In this document: in pieces, positions 25,365-38,749 of the stretch
Layout: every line of letters starts with the position of its first letter
Position numbering within the stretch: position 1 is the stretch's first letter
Assembly: GCF_030144855.1 (NCBI RefSeq)
Contig: NC_082707.1
Location: forward strand, 170,376,001 to 170,440,000
Direction of reading: 5' to 3'
Origin: Hypanus sabinus
Taxonomy: Eukaryota
Length of the DNA: 64,000 bases
The notes under the pieces: model-generated
The model's input: only the letters and a program-made list of their open reading frames with translations
What the model was told of the DNA's origin: nothing
The model's database searches: none
Translations under genes and position numbers: made by a program

Positions 25365-26190
25365 CAGAATCAAAATGAGAATCCGGTTTAATATCACCAG
25401 TATTTGTCATGAAATTTGTTGTCTTTCCAGCAACAGCAGAATGCAATACATAATAACAGAGGAAAAAACCCAAGCATTACATTAAGTATTTATGTATATT
25501 AAATAGTTAAGTTAAATAAGTAGTGCAAACATGGAAATAAAAAGTAGTAAGGTAGGTAGTGTTCATGGATTCAATGTCTATTCAGAAATCGGATGGAAGA
25601 GGACAAGAAGCTCTTCCTGAATCGTTGAGTCTGTGCCTTCAAGCTTCTGTACTTTCCTCTTGATGGTAGCAATGAGAACAAGACACGTCCTGGGTGATGG
25701 GAGTCCTTAATGATGGATGCCACCTTTCTGAGTCATTGCTCCTTGAAGATGTCCTGGATACAGAGGCTGGTGCCCATGATGGAGCTGACCAGGTTGACAA
25801 CTCTCTGCAGCTTATTTCGATCCTGTGCAGTAGCCCCCACCCCCCCGCCATACCAGACGGTGAGAACGCTCTCCATAGTACATCTGTAGAAAGCGTCTTT
25901 GGCGACATACCAAATCTCCTCAGACTCCGAATGAATTATATCCACTGATGTGCCTTCTTTATAACTGTGGCGACATGTTAGCATAGGATAGATTCTCAGA
26001 GAAGATGACTCCCAGGAACTTGAAATTGCTCTCTCTCTCTCTGCCCTTCTGATCCCTCAATGAGGACTGGTGTGTGTTCCCGCATCTTACCCTTTCCAAA
26101 GTCCACACTCAATTCTTTGGTCTTACGCTGAGTGCAGGGTTATTGTTATGACACCATTCAACTATCTGATCTATCTTGTTCCTGCATATC
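25365..26190 (-). mobile_element. Rex1/Babar LINE 3' fragment
   Basis: FYRCTMESVLTVWYG..DRNKLQRVVNLVSSIMG; GAATC-type tail at ~25365-25385. Confidence 0.85.
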
Positions 26191-26996
26191 TTCTTGCCAA
26201 ATTTCAAGGTACAAGCTATGTGAATATATATATCTGCTATAAATTATTCTAGATCTGCCACTGTGACCCTCAGTATTCAAATTTTTTAAGCCTCAAAAAA
26301 CTTCTTTTAAACCAACTGGAAAATCAGGGATCAGTGGCAAACCATGTTGTGTAATTTCCTGTGAAAAGTTAGGTCCTGAGAAAGTTCGGGGCTCACATTT
26401 ATGAACTTTCTATTCATAAAAGCACCAGAAATCTGTGTGATGCCTTAAATCAAAATGGCTAATAGCTAATGAAAAAAAATTAAACTGATGGTCATTGAGA
26501 ATTGTGGCTGGTGGAGAAGTGGCCTCAAACCTATAGACTGGAACAAAAATGAAAAGGAAGACTTCATTTTTACAGTGACTTTCACAACCAGTGAAGTACA
26601 TTTATTTTTGTAGAAGGTTGTAGGTTTCAATCTCATTAGGTCTGCAAGCTAAATTGGAGAAGTTAGAATATAGAGCTAAAATAATCAATAGATTCCTTTT
26701 AAGTTTTAAGTTTTCCTTTTAAGCCTGCACATGTATACATGCATTAAGATGTGTCAATCATTGTGTTAAGTATTTGATAATAGAGTTATTTGAAATTATT
26801 TCTAGCCAAATTCTCATTCTATATATCCAGCATGGTGCATCCTATGACAAAAATTTTTAGATTGTCTATGCTCATTATGTTTTCTGATTTCCAAAACTGC
26901 TATGAGAGCTGTGAACATTGAGAAATTTTGCTTGGTGGATGCATATATGGTATGTACAATGTCCTGTGTATGTTACTCAAAATGGCTTCTTTGGTT

Positions 26997-27559
26997 TGTT
27001 ACGAGCAGGAATGCTTCTTGGTCAGATAAGTGTTTCTCTCGCCGTTGTTTCGCTTTAGAATGGCTGATATGGTAATTGTATTCATTTGTTAATCAATGGG
27101 GAATGTTATTGTGTCTTGTGATGCAGGGAACTTGGGGGAGGGGTTTTTGCGGGTTTTTGGTGTGAGGGAGAAGCCAAGGAAGACGCCGAGAAAGGTGGAC
27201 GTGCGCTGGACTGCTTGTAAGACCACCGGGGTGGTCCCAGGTGCGACGGCGTGGCGGTCGGATGGGTCGATTGGTTTGTTGATTGAGCTCCAACGAGTGC
27301 ACTGAACAGACTGAACTTTGATAAGTTGGCGCCTTTTGTGTTTTTTCCATATATATATATATTGTATTGCCTACTACTCTTTTAATTTTAGTAAACTCTT
27401 TAAAGTGTATTTCATAACGGTATTTGTTGTGGGTTTGATACTGTTGGCGGGTGCGAGGCATAAACTCGATTCTCACAGCACCTGCGTGTACGGGAGGTGG
27501 GGTTGGTGAGTTGCTGGAACTCCGTTTCCCCTATACCAGCCTTTTGGGTAAGTGTTACA
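26997..27559 (+). mobile_element. Probable solo LTR (Gypsy-like)
   Basis: TGTTAC...GTTACA termini, imperfect 4-bp TSD GGTT/GGTA, CpG-rich relative to its flanks, AGTAAA poly(A)-like signal at ~27390. Confidence 0.65.
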
Positions 27560-28984
27560 GGTATTTTGTATTAAACAGTTTATACTAATGTTATCCAGTG
27601 GAGGGCAATAGATCATCAATGTGCAGACAAACCTTCTCCTTACCAAGTAATTTTTTATGACTCTGCCTGTGTATAAATAGCCCCATTCTTTATATTTATA
27701 AACCAATATCTTCAAAAACAAGCAAAAATTATAGCTTAAGTGATCTTGTTCTTTGTTGTGTATTTGAAGCTATCAGACTTAATAGGCAAGTCAGCTCTTG
27801 AGACCTTTACCTGCTCTAATGAATTGGCATTCAAACGATGTCTTGCTTTTTCATTAATTATACAGTCTAGTAATACTAAGCATGTAGCTTTTGAGAATAA
27901 TTCAAGGGCTTTAATTTAACAGGGAGCAGAACACTGCTTGGAGGGAGTTGTGGGTGGATCTGTGCAGACAGACTGGCAATTAAAAGCACCTACCACTGAC
28001 TGGGATTCAATTCTGTTGCCTTGGCTGTAATACCCTCCCAGCTTAATGGAATACACCTACTTGGGTTGAGGATGGACACAGAGCACCACACAGTTGTGCT
28101 ATCTCATCAGAAGTATGTTTTTGATTGGGCAGTCATGGAATGAACTTGACAAACTGTGGAGGAACTTGGACCCCTGAGCACCTGGCGCTTTCAACAGGAA
28201 GGCACCAAGTGGCAGAGGGAAGCATCTGTGGGAATAAAGGGAAGAAAATCAATTCACTTAGAATAATAACTGAATTACTTCTCCTGAATTAATATTATTT
28301 ACCAAGAATAAGTGTAGTACTTGAAAACTAAAATAATTAAGATAGCATTGTTGCCCATGGAGTCTTCTATTAAATATGCTGATGTGCAAAAGGAGGTCTT
28401 TCTAAATATAGTTGCAATGTGCAAGCTGGAAATATTAACCTTTATTACCAAATATTGCCTTATTTTTTTCTCTAAGAAATAAAATGTATTTTGAAATGAA
28501 CTTAACATAATTGTCACATTTTGGAATCCTTGACTGGAGGAATTTGGGGTAAATTTACTCGGAGGTGCATAAAAGACCACGCATCAATCAAAGTTAACTG
28601 TTGGCAGTGATGTAAAATGGGCATCATTGGAATGATTCCCTGTCAGGTATTTCATTCGTGGATCTTGACCTAGTAGGAAATAGCAGGCAATAAACCTGTC
28701 AAGTCGTTACCAGACGTTATGGCAATTCAAATGGATGATCTTTTACAATAGAGAGCTGAAGAAACTTGGAAAAGTAGTCCTTGGTTCCCTAAAGGGACTC
28801 TGCAGACATTTCAGTGGAAGTAATTCTCTGGGAAGGGTTCATTGGAAATAATTTTCTTTGTACACACGTTAGAGCACCAAAAACCTGTGCCAACCAACTG
28901 CTGGGAGTTTAAGAACATCTTCAATGTCTCACTGCTGTAGTTGGTGGTTCTCACCTGCTTCAAAAGGGTGACTTCCATACCAGA

Positions 28985-30400
28985 AACTTCACTCTCCTTA
29001 CTGATCACAAGCCATTGTTGTCCATCTTCAGGTCTAAGAAAAGCACCCCAGAGTGCACAGCTAACAGTCTTCCAAAGTGGGCAATGATGTTATAAGTCTA
29101 TGATTTTGAAATCAAGTACACATTAACCCATGAACTTGTCAGACAGATGCCCCTCTCCAGACTTATTAACCAGCTGATTACTAAAACAAAGATGCAGTTG
29201 TGGCTGTGATTTCAGTTGACTGTGAAGTCTATGGGTTGAGAATATCAGAGCAGATACAGCTGCAGATTCTCTTCTTCAGCATCTCTGAATACCTCTTTGA
29301 TGGATGGCCAGTCAAAGTTGAGGAAGATGTTGTACTCTTCTACTGGTGTCATACATCGCTCTCAACTGTGGACCCCTGCCTAATGTTTGAAGATAGAATA
29401 ATGATTTCACAAACACTTCATCTAAAAGTACTGAGAACATTCCACTGTGGTCACTCTGGTATCAATCAAATGAAAGCTCAGGCAAGAAGCTTTGTGCACT
29501 GGCTGGGCATAGTTGAAGATATCACATCCATGTGCAAGCAGCGTAATCAGTGTACTATGGCAGCAAAGAATCCAGATAAAGCCGATCCACAACCAGGGCC
29601 TCAGCTACCAGACTTCGGAGTCGAGCACGTACTGACATCACTGGCCCAATCAATGGGTGAAGCACCTTTGTCCTGGTTGATGCCAATTTCAAATGGCCAG
29701 AAGGATAACCTATGAAGTCAACAGTGACAGAGGCTACAATTCAACATCTACTGCAGATCTACATCCTCCTTGGGACGGCAGAAACATTTGACACTCAATG
29801 GCACTCAATTTAGTTCACAGCAGTCTGCTCCATTTGGCCAGAACAACAGATGTCCGCATCTGCTCACCCCCATATCATCAACAGTCCAACGGCCAAGTGA
29901 CAGGTTTGTGGATACTTTCAAACGGTCACTTCTGAAATCAAAAGGGGATGGAGCATCGGCTGATGCTCTCAACACATTTCTGTTGACATACCAAATTACA
30001 ACACACCCAGGGCTCAAAGGAAAGTCTCCAGCTGAGAACACTGCACACAGTTTTGAATGTAATGCTGCCACAACGTCCAACATCTGAGGTAGCAGATGGT
30101 CAGGTACTCAAAAAGCAGCCATACAGCTCTTGGTCAATAAGTGAAGCCATTCAAGCCCAGGGTTGCAGTGTCGGCCAGACAGCATTGCAGTGTTCCAGAC
30201 CCCTAGATACCAGGTCAGATGTCAAAAGATTGGGGAAAGTGCTCTACGAAGTTATCACAGATGGACATCAATGGCAGTGCCACATCAACCAGTTGTGTCC
30301 ACGTGCTCCAGAAGGCACAACAGGTTCATCGGGTAGATCATCAAATGCAAAGCTGGACCTTCACCTCCTCCTGGAAGGGTTGAGATTATCCTGATAGAAC
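28985..30400 (+). mobile_element. Ty3/Gypsy pol remnant: RNase H end, integrase and C-terminal region
   Basis: LLTDHKPLLSIF; HHCC zinc finger (H..H.GINQMKAQARSFVHW..C..C); NGTQFSS; RFVDTFKRSL; multiple frameshifts. Confidence 0.9.
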
Positions 30401-30519
30401 CTATCAGCAGTGCCAGCACAGCCACGAGCAACATTGTGAGGTGGAAGTGACCGCCTGCAACCACCAAGCAAGACTGATTACCAACGCAAGCCAATTGTTC
30501 CAGTCCAAATCTTCACCAA

Positions 30520-31137
30520 AGACTTCAGCAAATGTTTACAGATGTACTATGGAGCACATTCTAACAGGTTACATGACCATCTGGTATGGAGGGGCCACTG
30601 CATAGGATTGGAAAACTCTGCAGGAAGATGCAGACGTAGTCAGGCAGTGACATCAAGGGCATCTTCGAAAGGAGCTGCCTGAAAAAGGCAGCATCCATAA
30701 TTAAGGATCCCTACCACCCAGGACATACTCTCTTCTCATTAGAGANNNNNNNNNNNNNNNNNNNNNNNNNNNNNNNNNNNNNNNNNNNNNNNNNNNNNNN
30801 NNNNNNNNNNNNNNNNNNNNNNNNNNNNNNNNNNNNNNNNNNNNNNNNNNNNNNNNNNNNNNNNNNNNNNNNNNNNNNNNNNNNNNNNNNNNNNNNNNNN
30901 NNNNNNNNNNNNNNNNTTGTTCCCTTTCACCAAAAGGTTTCTGAACGCACCATGATCCCATGAACACTACCAACAGTGTTTTTGCTCTCTTTTTGGACTG
31001 GATAATACCATATTTAATAATTTTTCTTATTGTAACTTATAGCATATTTCAGCTATTGCACTGTACTTCTGCCACAAAATAACGAATTTCATGATGTATG
31101 CCAGGGACAGTAAACCTGATTCAAATTCTAATTCTGA
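30520..31137 (+). mobile_element. Rex1/Babar 3' fragment spanning the assembly gap
   Basis: YRCTMEHILTG..IWYG, KKAASIIKDPYHPGH; tail AGTAAACCTGATTC...TTCTGA. Confidence 0.8.
30746..30916. other. Assembly gap (171 N)
   Basis: Run of n characters. Confidence 1.
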
Positions 31138-34100
31138 GATCTCCCCCCTCACTACAACTAGAGTTGCACGTTTGAGTGAATACATAGTCCTGCAACTAGC
31201 CTTCTATCAGAAGTGATATAGTTACATGATTAGCTGTGTTTGATGTCACAAGCAGCTAAAGATTAGACTAAATCTGATGAACAAACTTTGTGTTTATATT
31301 ATATGCAAAACAAATGCATTTGTTGGTTTACATGGGCTTAGTGTCTCCTGACTGCAAAGCAGTAACACTTGTGGAAGGTAGAGGAATTAATTTAGGGGCA
31401 ATGGTGAAAGGATAAAATACAGAGCCATGAAACAGTGTCTTATTGGTGCATTGACTCCTCTCCCCATATTCCTATTCCCCTTTCTGGCGCAAGTTATTCC
31501 TTATAGCTATGAATTGTAGAATAAAAATTCCAATATTGAGTGTCTCACAACACCAAAACGGAACTAACACAGAACTGTTTTAATGGCACCAATAATGCTG
31601 CTTTTGTGGAAATAAGACTTCATTCTGAAGAAATAAACATGAACTTTAATTTACAAAATTATCAATTGTCCTGCGGTAGGATTGTTGTTAGTATTTCTTC
31701 TTTATAGATCGCAAACGTGTATGTGTTGACTGATGTGGATGAAGATTAGGCATATATTACTGAAGGGGTGAGGAGTATTGAAGTATTTGTCCATATGGAA
31801 TTGAACAATAATATGCTATGAAATGAAAGAAAAGCTTACACTTCGCGACAGCATTGTTGCTGTTGTCAACTTGTGTGGAAGCAAACTAGTTCTGCCCTGT
31901 TCACATGCTACAATTCTTTAAAAAAAGCACATTCCCAGGATTATATGAATTACCTATGTTACAGGAAGTGGAGAGTTTAATTGCAAGCAAGGAAATAAGG
32001 AAAAGTCAAGGCACCAAGAATGGACAGAAGCCCAGCATCAGGAGGCTATGCCATTCTCAACCCAATGTCCTCAAGTAATGGAAGTTGTGGGAGATTGGGA
32101 ATATGACTGGCTTCCATGTAGAGTCAACCAATGGTTCAGGGCTGGTACAGAAGGAAAAATGAACCAGGTGAAGAATTCAAGCACCTGCCAATGGCAGGCT
32201 GTAATATTTCTATGGAGATAGGAGGCACATATATCCTCCTGGCCATACAGTTTATATTGCACAAAAATCATGCCTTTTCCCATGCAGCTACTAGTTTTAA
32301 GGACTGCTGGTTAATTCGTGCTTTGCAGGTTGCAAATGGGCTGAGTGTGAATGGTGCACTAGCCTCCCATTTTACCCCAAAATTACACGCATTCTTGCCA
32401 TTGGCAAAAGATCCAGATTTGCATATATAACAGATGTGCCCAAAGCCCCAAAGAGCAGCAACAATGTCTACTTATGTGGCACCTATAACTTTTACTAAAA
32501 AATGTTCCAGTGTCTTTCACAGGAGAGTTAATAAACAGAAGAGCTGTTACACAGCAACACAACCACTGTAAAGTGGAGAGACTTTACGGTCTTTAACAAG
32601 TATTTCCCATTTAACACAGACTATATAAACAACTGAGCAGAGTGGGACCCTGCTTGTGCTCTGCATTATATTTTGCTTTGTACAAAACAATTACAGTAAA
32701 TATATATAAAATAACATAATTCAAAATTCAAGAGTATAATTTACCCTTGGCAAGAATTAGTCATCGAATTATCATGAAGAAAGCATGCTCACTTTTAGCA
32801 TGTTTTGCCATCTTGGCAGCCCTGTGGATAGGAAGAAAATTAATGAGAATCTGCATCTGTTTGTCATGTCAACTTAACATCTGCTTCTGAAAAGAGCTTT
32901 AAGTTCAGGTACATTCAGACACATTGGAAGAAAAGCTTGGCAGCATTCTGGCGTATGCTGGTGACAAACGGCTTAAAGGATCTTTAGACTGGGTGAGTGA
33001 TGTTCACAAAATTGCTTGCTTTTAGATATGCAGGCGTCAAGGTTTAATTTGGAAGGGACTTTGGAATTCTTGATTTTCAACCTTGTCCAACTTAACACTG
33101 TTGCAAAAGCTTTGAGGGTTAATGCTACCTACCGAAGGGCCTGGACTGAGATTCAAATGAGATACAAAAATGGTTAAATTTCGAGCTCGATTCCAGCGCA
33201 TCTTCAAGCTGACTACTTCTGGATTTAGCTCAAAATGGCGAGGTTGAACATAGCATGCCTTTGGCTATGTAAGTGTTATTATGAGGCTGGGAGACTCATA
33301 TTTTATGGATTTTACATGTCTCAGCTTGGAAATGACCCATTCAATAGTTAACCACTCATTCCAATATAATTCTTCTAACAAGTAATGGTATTTCTTCTCT
33401 TTGTCTTTTACACCATTCCAAAGTTTGTTCTGAATAGCAAGAACCATGCATTTAATTGATACCCTTTCATCTACAGAGGAAAACTTGCCTTTTCAATCCA
33501 TGCTGGCCACTGGTAGGTGTGCTATTGTTGTCTTGCTTTTACAAGCATTCATTCATTTGATGGGTTTGTAGATCTAGTCAAGTCGTGCATGGATTTACAA
33601 AGAATATCAATGCAATAACTAAATTCATCATGGGAAGCAGGTTTTGATTTTCATATTTTAATCCTAATGATTTTTTTTTCCTGAATTTAAACAGTTCAAA
33701 TAAATTCTGGTATTGGGCTTCACATCTAACTTCTCATAAAACAGTGACAGGCTCTACATAAGCTTCACAGAACTTCCTATCAGAATTCAACTCAATTGAA
33801 AATATTCACCATTACAGAATTATGGACTGCAATTCTGCATGTTGGAAAACATTGAATCTGAAGGTTAGAATGATTTTGTTTAGGAAAGGAAAATTGTTTT
33901 TCTGAAATCCCAAACAATAGCAGGAGGAAATTAGGAAGCCTTGCCAGTGTGAACAACATTTGATGTTACCATCACTTAGATCATAGAGCAAGTGATGAAT
34001 TTGTTAGAAGGAAATAGTCTCTTTAATTACAACTCAGGTCAATTAATGAGAAGATGAATTAAGTTGTGCCTTAGCCTCCAGCAGATGGAAAAAGGGGTTT

Positions 34101-34619
34101 CACGAGCTCTTGTGCATCCCACAGGAACTATTTGTTTTCTCTCTTGTATTGGTTGGCTAATACCACATTCTTGGGCCTCAGCTGCATAAGTTATATTCTC
34201 ACCAAAGTATGACTGAGCAGACTAAGTGGTTATTGCAGGTCTTCTCAATGGCTATTCAATAACTCCCACTGATAGTAGCAGCTATAAATAACATTCACTG
34301 CATCAGGTCAAACATGGAATTGTTGATGAGGAAGAAGATAAATCAAGTAGTTTTACATCTTGATTAAAATTACAAATAGCACAGAGAAGGTGTGGTGAAG
34401 ATGCAGGAGGCCGTGGAGACAGGTGAGGGGTGATGGAGCTAGGTTTGTGGGTTGAGGGGTTTAGAGGGATGGCGGTATGGGGTGAAGGGAACCGGCTCAT
34501 TAAAAGTGAAATGAAGATACATCAAAACTATTTTTATGTAAAAATAACACAACAGTGCAGCTCCTGATCAACTGATCAATATAACAAGGTGATGGTATAA
34601 GGTGAAAGTCAGCAACAAC

Positions 34620-35133
34620 TGTTAAGGATCTGGCCTGAACACTGGGTTGAAGGGCCTCTGCTGGTAGCTCTGGACCACGACAGTCTTTAATTTCTGCTTT
34701 CTTTCACCTGGCCATGTGGGTTTTGGCCCAGCCCCCTTCCTTTTTGGACTTTCTCCAATTACCTGCTTGTCTCCTCACTTGCACCCACCTGTTTCTAATT
34801 TTCACTCATTACCCTGTCCATTTAAACCCTGCCTTGACTTGCATTCTCTGCCAGTTCATCCCAGCTCTGACCTGTGTTGTTCTAGCCTGTCATTGCGACG
34901 GCTGCCAACCAATTTTGCCTGATTCCGTGTTTTTGGATTTTTGCCTGTGTGCTCTGGATCGTCTGCCCTCGCTGGACGGCCTTTCCTGGGTAAGACCTCT
35001 GCCTGCCATTTTGGATTTGTGCCTGCCTCCTGGTTTTGAAAGACTGTTGCCTTTGTGCTCCCTAATAAATCTTGGTAAAAGAGCATTCATTGCTCTGCAC
35101 TTGATTCCCACCATAACCTGACAGAACCTGACA
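34620..35133 (+). mobile_element. Solo LTR with perfect 5-bp TSD
   Basis: TGTTA...TGACA termini; ACAAC at 34615-34619 and 35134-35138; TTTAAA TATA-like box at ~34821 and AATAAA at ~35064. Confidence 0.8.
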
Positions 35134-35604
35134 ACAACATATCCAAATACATTTATGTTGATTATTTCCCTGTCTCTCTGATAATAAACAGCAAAAAACC
35201 TGAAATGTTCTGACCAGCAGGTGACATTGGAGCTGCACCAGGTTTTAGCAAAACCTGACATTTCAGGACCATTCACTGGAATGGTGGCCTAGAGAAACTC
35301 GACTCACACTTATACTGTCCTGAAGGCCACTACCCCAGCCTGGAGCTTGAAAATAGCAGGCAGCACAGTCCCAGAGCAGTCAGCTCAGAAATTCCCACCC
35401 TTCCATAATAATGGTGCACACTTACTGCCATTGTGCTCCACCAGCAAAGACTCTGTTCTCATGCCTGTGATGCACAGCCTCCCAATGCACTAAGTAACAT
35501 CCAAAAACAGAAAATAACCAGGAAAGCTTCAGAATGTTGTTATTTGCTTGTAAAGGTGATCACATTGTATGAGCTCCATGTACTTTTGGTCTCCTTATTT
35601 CAAA

Positions 35605-35970
35605 ACATAGAAAACCTACAGCTCAATACAGGCCCTTTGGCCCACAATGCTGTGCTGAGCATGTCCTTACCTTAGAAATTACTAGGCTTACCCATAGCGC
35701 TCTATTTTTCTAGGCTCCATGTACCTATCCAGGAATCTCTTAAAATACCCTATTGTTTCTGCCTCTACCGCTGCCACTGGCACCCTTGACATTGCCTCTG
35801 ACTTACTTCCAAGCACCTCAAAACTCTGCCGTCTTGTGCTGGCCATTTCAGCCCTAGGAAAAAGTCTCTGACTATCCACACAATCAATGCCCACCTCTAT
35901 CAGGTCACCTCTCATCCTCCGTTGCCCCAAGGAGAAAAGGCTGAGATCACTCAACCATTTATGGCAAGGT
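35605..35970 (-). mobile_element. CR1 LINE 3' fragment
   Basis: LFSLGQRRMRGDLIEV..LFP..FKRFLDRYM. Confidence 0.85.
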
Positions 35971-36019
35971 ATGCTGGTGCAGTGCAATAAATTTAATTCT
36001 TGGATGAGAGAGTTAACTT

Positions 36020-37400
36020 AGAAGACCATAAGACATATGAGCAGAATTAGGCCATTTGGCCCATTAAGACTGCTCCACCATTCAATTATGGCTGATCCTA
36101 TTTCCCCTCCTCAGCCCCACTCAAAAGACTTTTCCCTGTAACCTTTGATGCCATGTCCAATCAAGAACCTATCAAGCTCTGCTCTTAAATGGACGCCCGT
36201 CTATCCTGAGGCTCTTCCCTCTTGTCCTAGACTCCCCCACCATGGGAAACATCCTCTTCACATCTACTCTGTATAGCCCTTTCAACATTCGAAAGGTTTC
36301 AGATTCCCCTTTATCCTTCTAAATCCAAGTGAGTACAGACCCAGAGCCATCAAACGTTCCTTGTATGATAACCCTTTCATTCCCAGAATCATCCTTGTGA
36401 GCCTCCTCTGGACCCTCTCCAATGCCAGCACATCTTTTCTTAGATGAGGAGCCCAAAACTGTTCACAATACTCACGGTGCTGCCTCACCAGTGCCTTATA
36501 AAGCCTCAGCATCACTTCCCTGTTCTTGTATTTTAGATCTCTTGCAATGAATGCTAACACTGCATTTGCCTTCCTCACTACCAACTCAACCTGCAGGTTT
36601 ACCATTAAGGTGTTCTGCACAAGGACTCCCAAGTCCCTTTGAATCACAGATTTTTGGATTTTCTCCTTGTTGAGAAAATAGTCTGCACATTTATTTCTAC
36701 TACCCACGTGCATGACCATGCATTTTCCAACATTGTATTTCATTTGCCACTTTCTTGCCCATTCTCCTAATCTGTCTAAGTCCTTCTGCTTCCACCTGCT
36801 TCCTCAACATTACCTGCCCCTCCACCAACCTTTGAATCATCTGCAAACTTAGTAACAAAGCTATCTATTCCATCATCTAAATCAATGATATACAGCATAA
36901 AAAGAAGTGGTCCCTACACCGACCCCTACAGAACACCACTTGCCACTGGCAGCCAACCAGAAAAGGATCCTTTTATTCCCACTCACTACCTCCTACCAAT
37001 CAGCCAATACTCTAACCATGCCAGTAACTTTCCTGTAATAACATGAACTCTTAACTTGGTTAGCAGCCGCATGTGTGGCACCTTGTCAAAGGTCTTCTGG
37101 AAGTCCAAATATACAACATTCACTACATCCCCTTTATCTATCCTATATGTAATCTCCTCAAAGAATTCCAACAGGCTTGTCAGGTAAGATTTTCCCTTAT
37201 GGAAACCATGCTGATGTTGTCCTATCTTGTCCTGTGTTACCAAGTACTCCACTCCACTTGGTACTCCAACGTCTTCCCAACTTCTTTACATCATCTGCAA
37301 ACATGGCAACAAAGCAGTCTCATGTGTGGCACCTTGTCAAGGGCCTTCTAAAAGTCCAATTATTCAAAATCCACTGCATTCCCTTTATCTATGCTATTTG
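36020..37400 (-). mobile_element. CR1 LINE RT-to-3' fragment with a rearranged/duplicated 5' edge
   Basis: QHGFHKGKSYLTSLLEFFE..VYLDFQKTFDKVPH; MKYNVGKC..RDLGVLV; same subfamily as 20865-22391; 37270-37400 repeats pieces of 36835-37150. Confidence 0.92.
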
Positions 37401-37409
37401 TAATTTCTA

Positions 37410-37790
37410 TTCCCTGAAGTTTAGAATAAAATGAGGTGATATCATTGAAAGAAGCAGAGTTCAGATGCTCTTAACAGAATATATGCTGTGAGAATTCCCC
37501 TTGCATTTAGGTTCCAAGGGTAGAGTCTCAGGATGAAGGACTGGATTCGGCAGGAATATTCTCTCCCAGAGTGTTGTGAATATCTGTGAAATTGTCTGGC
37601 CCAGAGAGATGCAGAGGTGGAGTCATTGAGCATATGTAAGGTAGGGTTAGATTGATTTTTTGTCTACTGAAGAAACAAGGGTTATGGGGATCAGACAAGA
37701 AAATCATGTTGAGGACAGGATCAATTTATTGAATGGTGGAGTAGACACAAGGGACTGTATGACCTACTCCTGCTTCTGTTCCTTCAATTT
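37410..37790 (+). mobile_element. Older CR1 3' fragment
   Basis: ATGAGGTGATATCATTGAA..., GTGAAATTGTCTGGCCCAGAG, ends GACCTACTCCTGCTTCT. Confidence 0.65.
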
Positions 37791-38749
37791 CTCGTTGTGA
37801 AATGTGTAGTTGAAACCTTTATAGATTTATTTGTATGGCATCCTGTAACACTGAGTCCTGGCAGTGTATGTTTTGAACCTGCTCCTGCAGCTGCTTTGCC
37901 TCCATTGTACTTGACATTGATAGAATGACTGCGAAGTTCACCCACAGCCCCTTTCTCCTATTCTACTCTCATCTGGTCCCCTGCCAGTCTTAGACGGCAA
38001 AGATGTCGATCACTGGTAAATTTAAATGTTGTACCTTAGATAGTGCAGTTAGCAAGAAAAGACAAACGTGTCAGTGCTTGGTCTGCGTGCTGCTGAATGT
38101 TTATTCCCAGGAATAAGTCTGGAAACTTGAGCAAAAATATATGACAGCTCCATCAATATGATTGACACAATTATCAGCTTTAATACCCACTGAGCAATTA
38201 AAATCTCTAAGAAAATATGCATGTTATTGTCACTCAATCAAATACTGATAATAAAAATTGACAACTTAAGTAAAATGTAGCTAATTATGTGTTTTAAGGA
38301 ATATGACATTTATCACTTGCAGTGATTCCTTAGATTACTTAATATCCATGTATTAAAGAAGCAATATCAATGGCTTAACATGTTAGAGAATTTTATTTCA
38401 ATGTGTATTTATGCTCTAAGTGCTGAATAGCCTCCTTTTGTCCTGTGATGGTTTTATGATTCTGCTAATGAAACAGGATAAATTAATGCTGGAATTAATG
38501 TAAAACACAACTGGGAAATCTGTCATTGAATGCATCACTAACATTTTGCCAACATTATCCTGTGGAGATTATACTGGCAACCAAGGAATGAGTTCATATT
38601 CCATTCTACGGATCACCTTCTGGTGTGTATAAGGTAGAATAGAATATGGCTCAGTTGGTAAGTGGATGGCTTATTGTGAAATTGCTTTGCAAGGCAGGCA
38701 ATATCTTTGGCTTACCTAAACAGATAATGATTAGCTTTATATATCACAT

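Noticed and set aside
30701-30973. ORFs containing X runs
   Set aside because: Artefacts of the N gap.
32915-33180. Possible two-exon arrangement (GTGAGT donor ~32993, TTTTAG acceptor ~33025)
   Set aside because: The implied intron of ~35 nt is too short and the peptides resemble no protein I recognise.
34714-35276. Overlapping 128-135 aa ORFs
   Set aside because: They lie within a solo LTR; low-complexity Leu/Pro/Cys composition.
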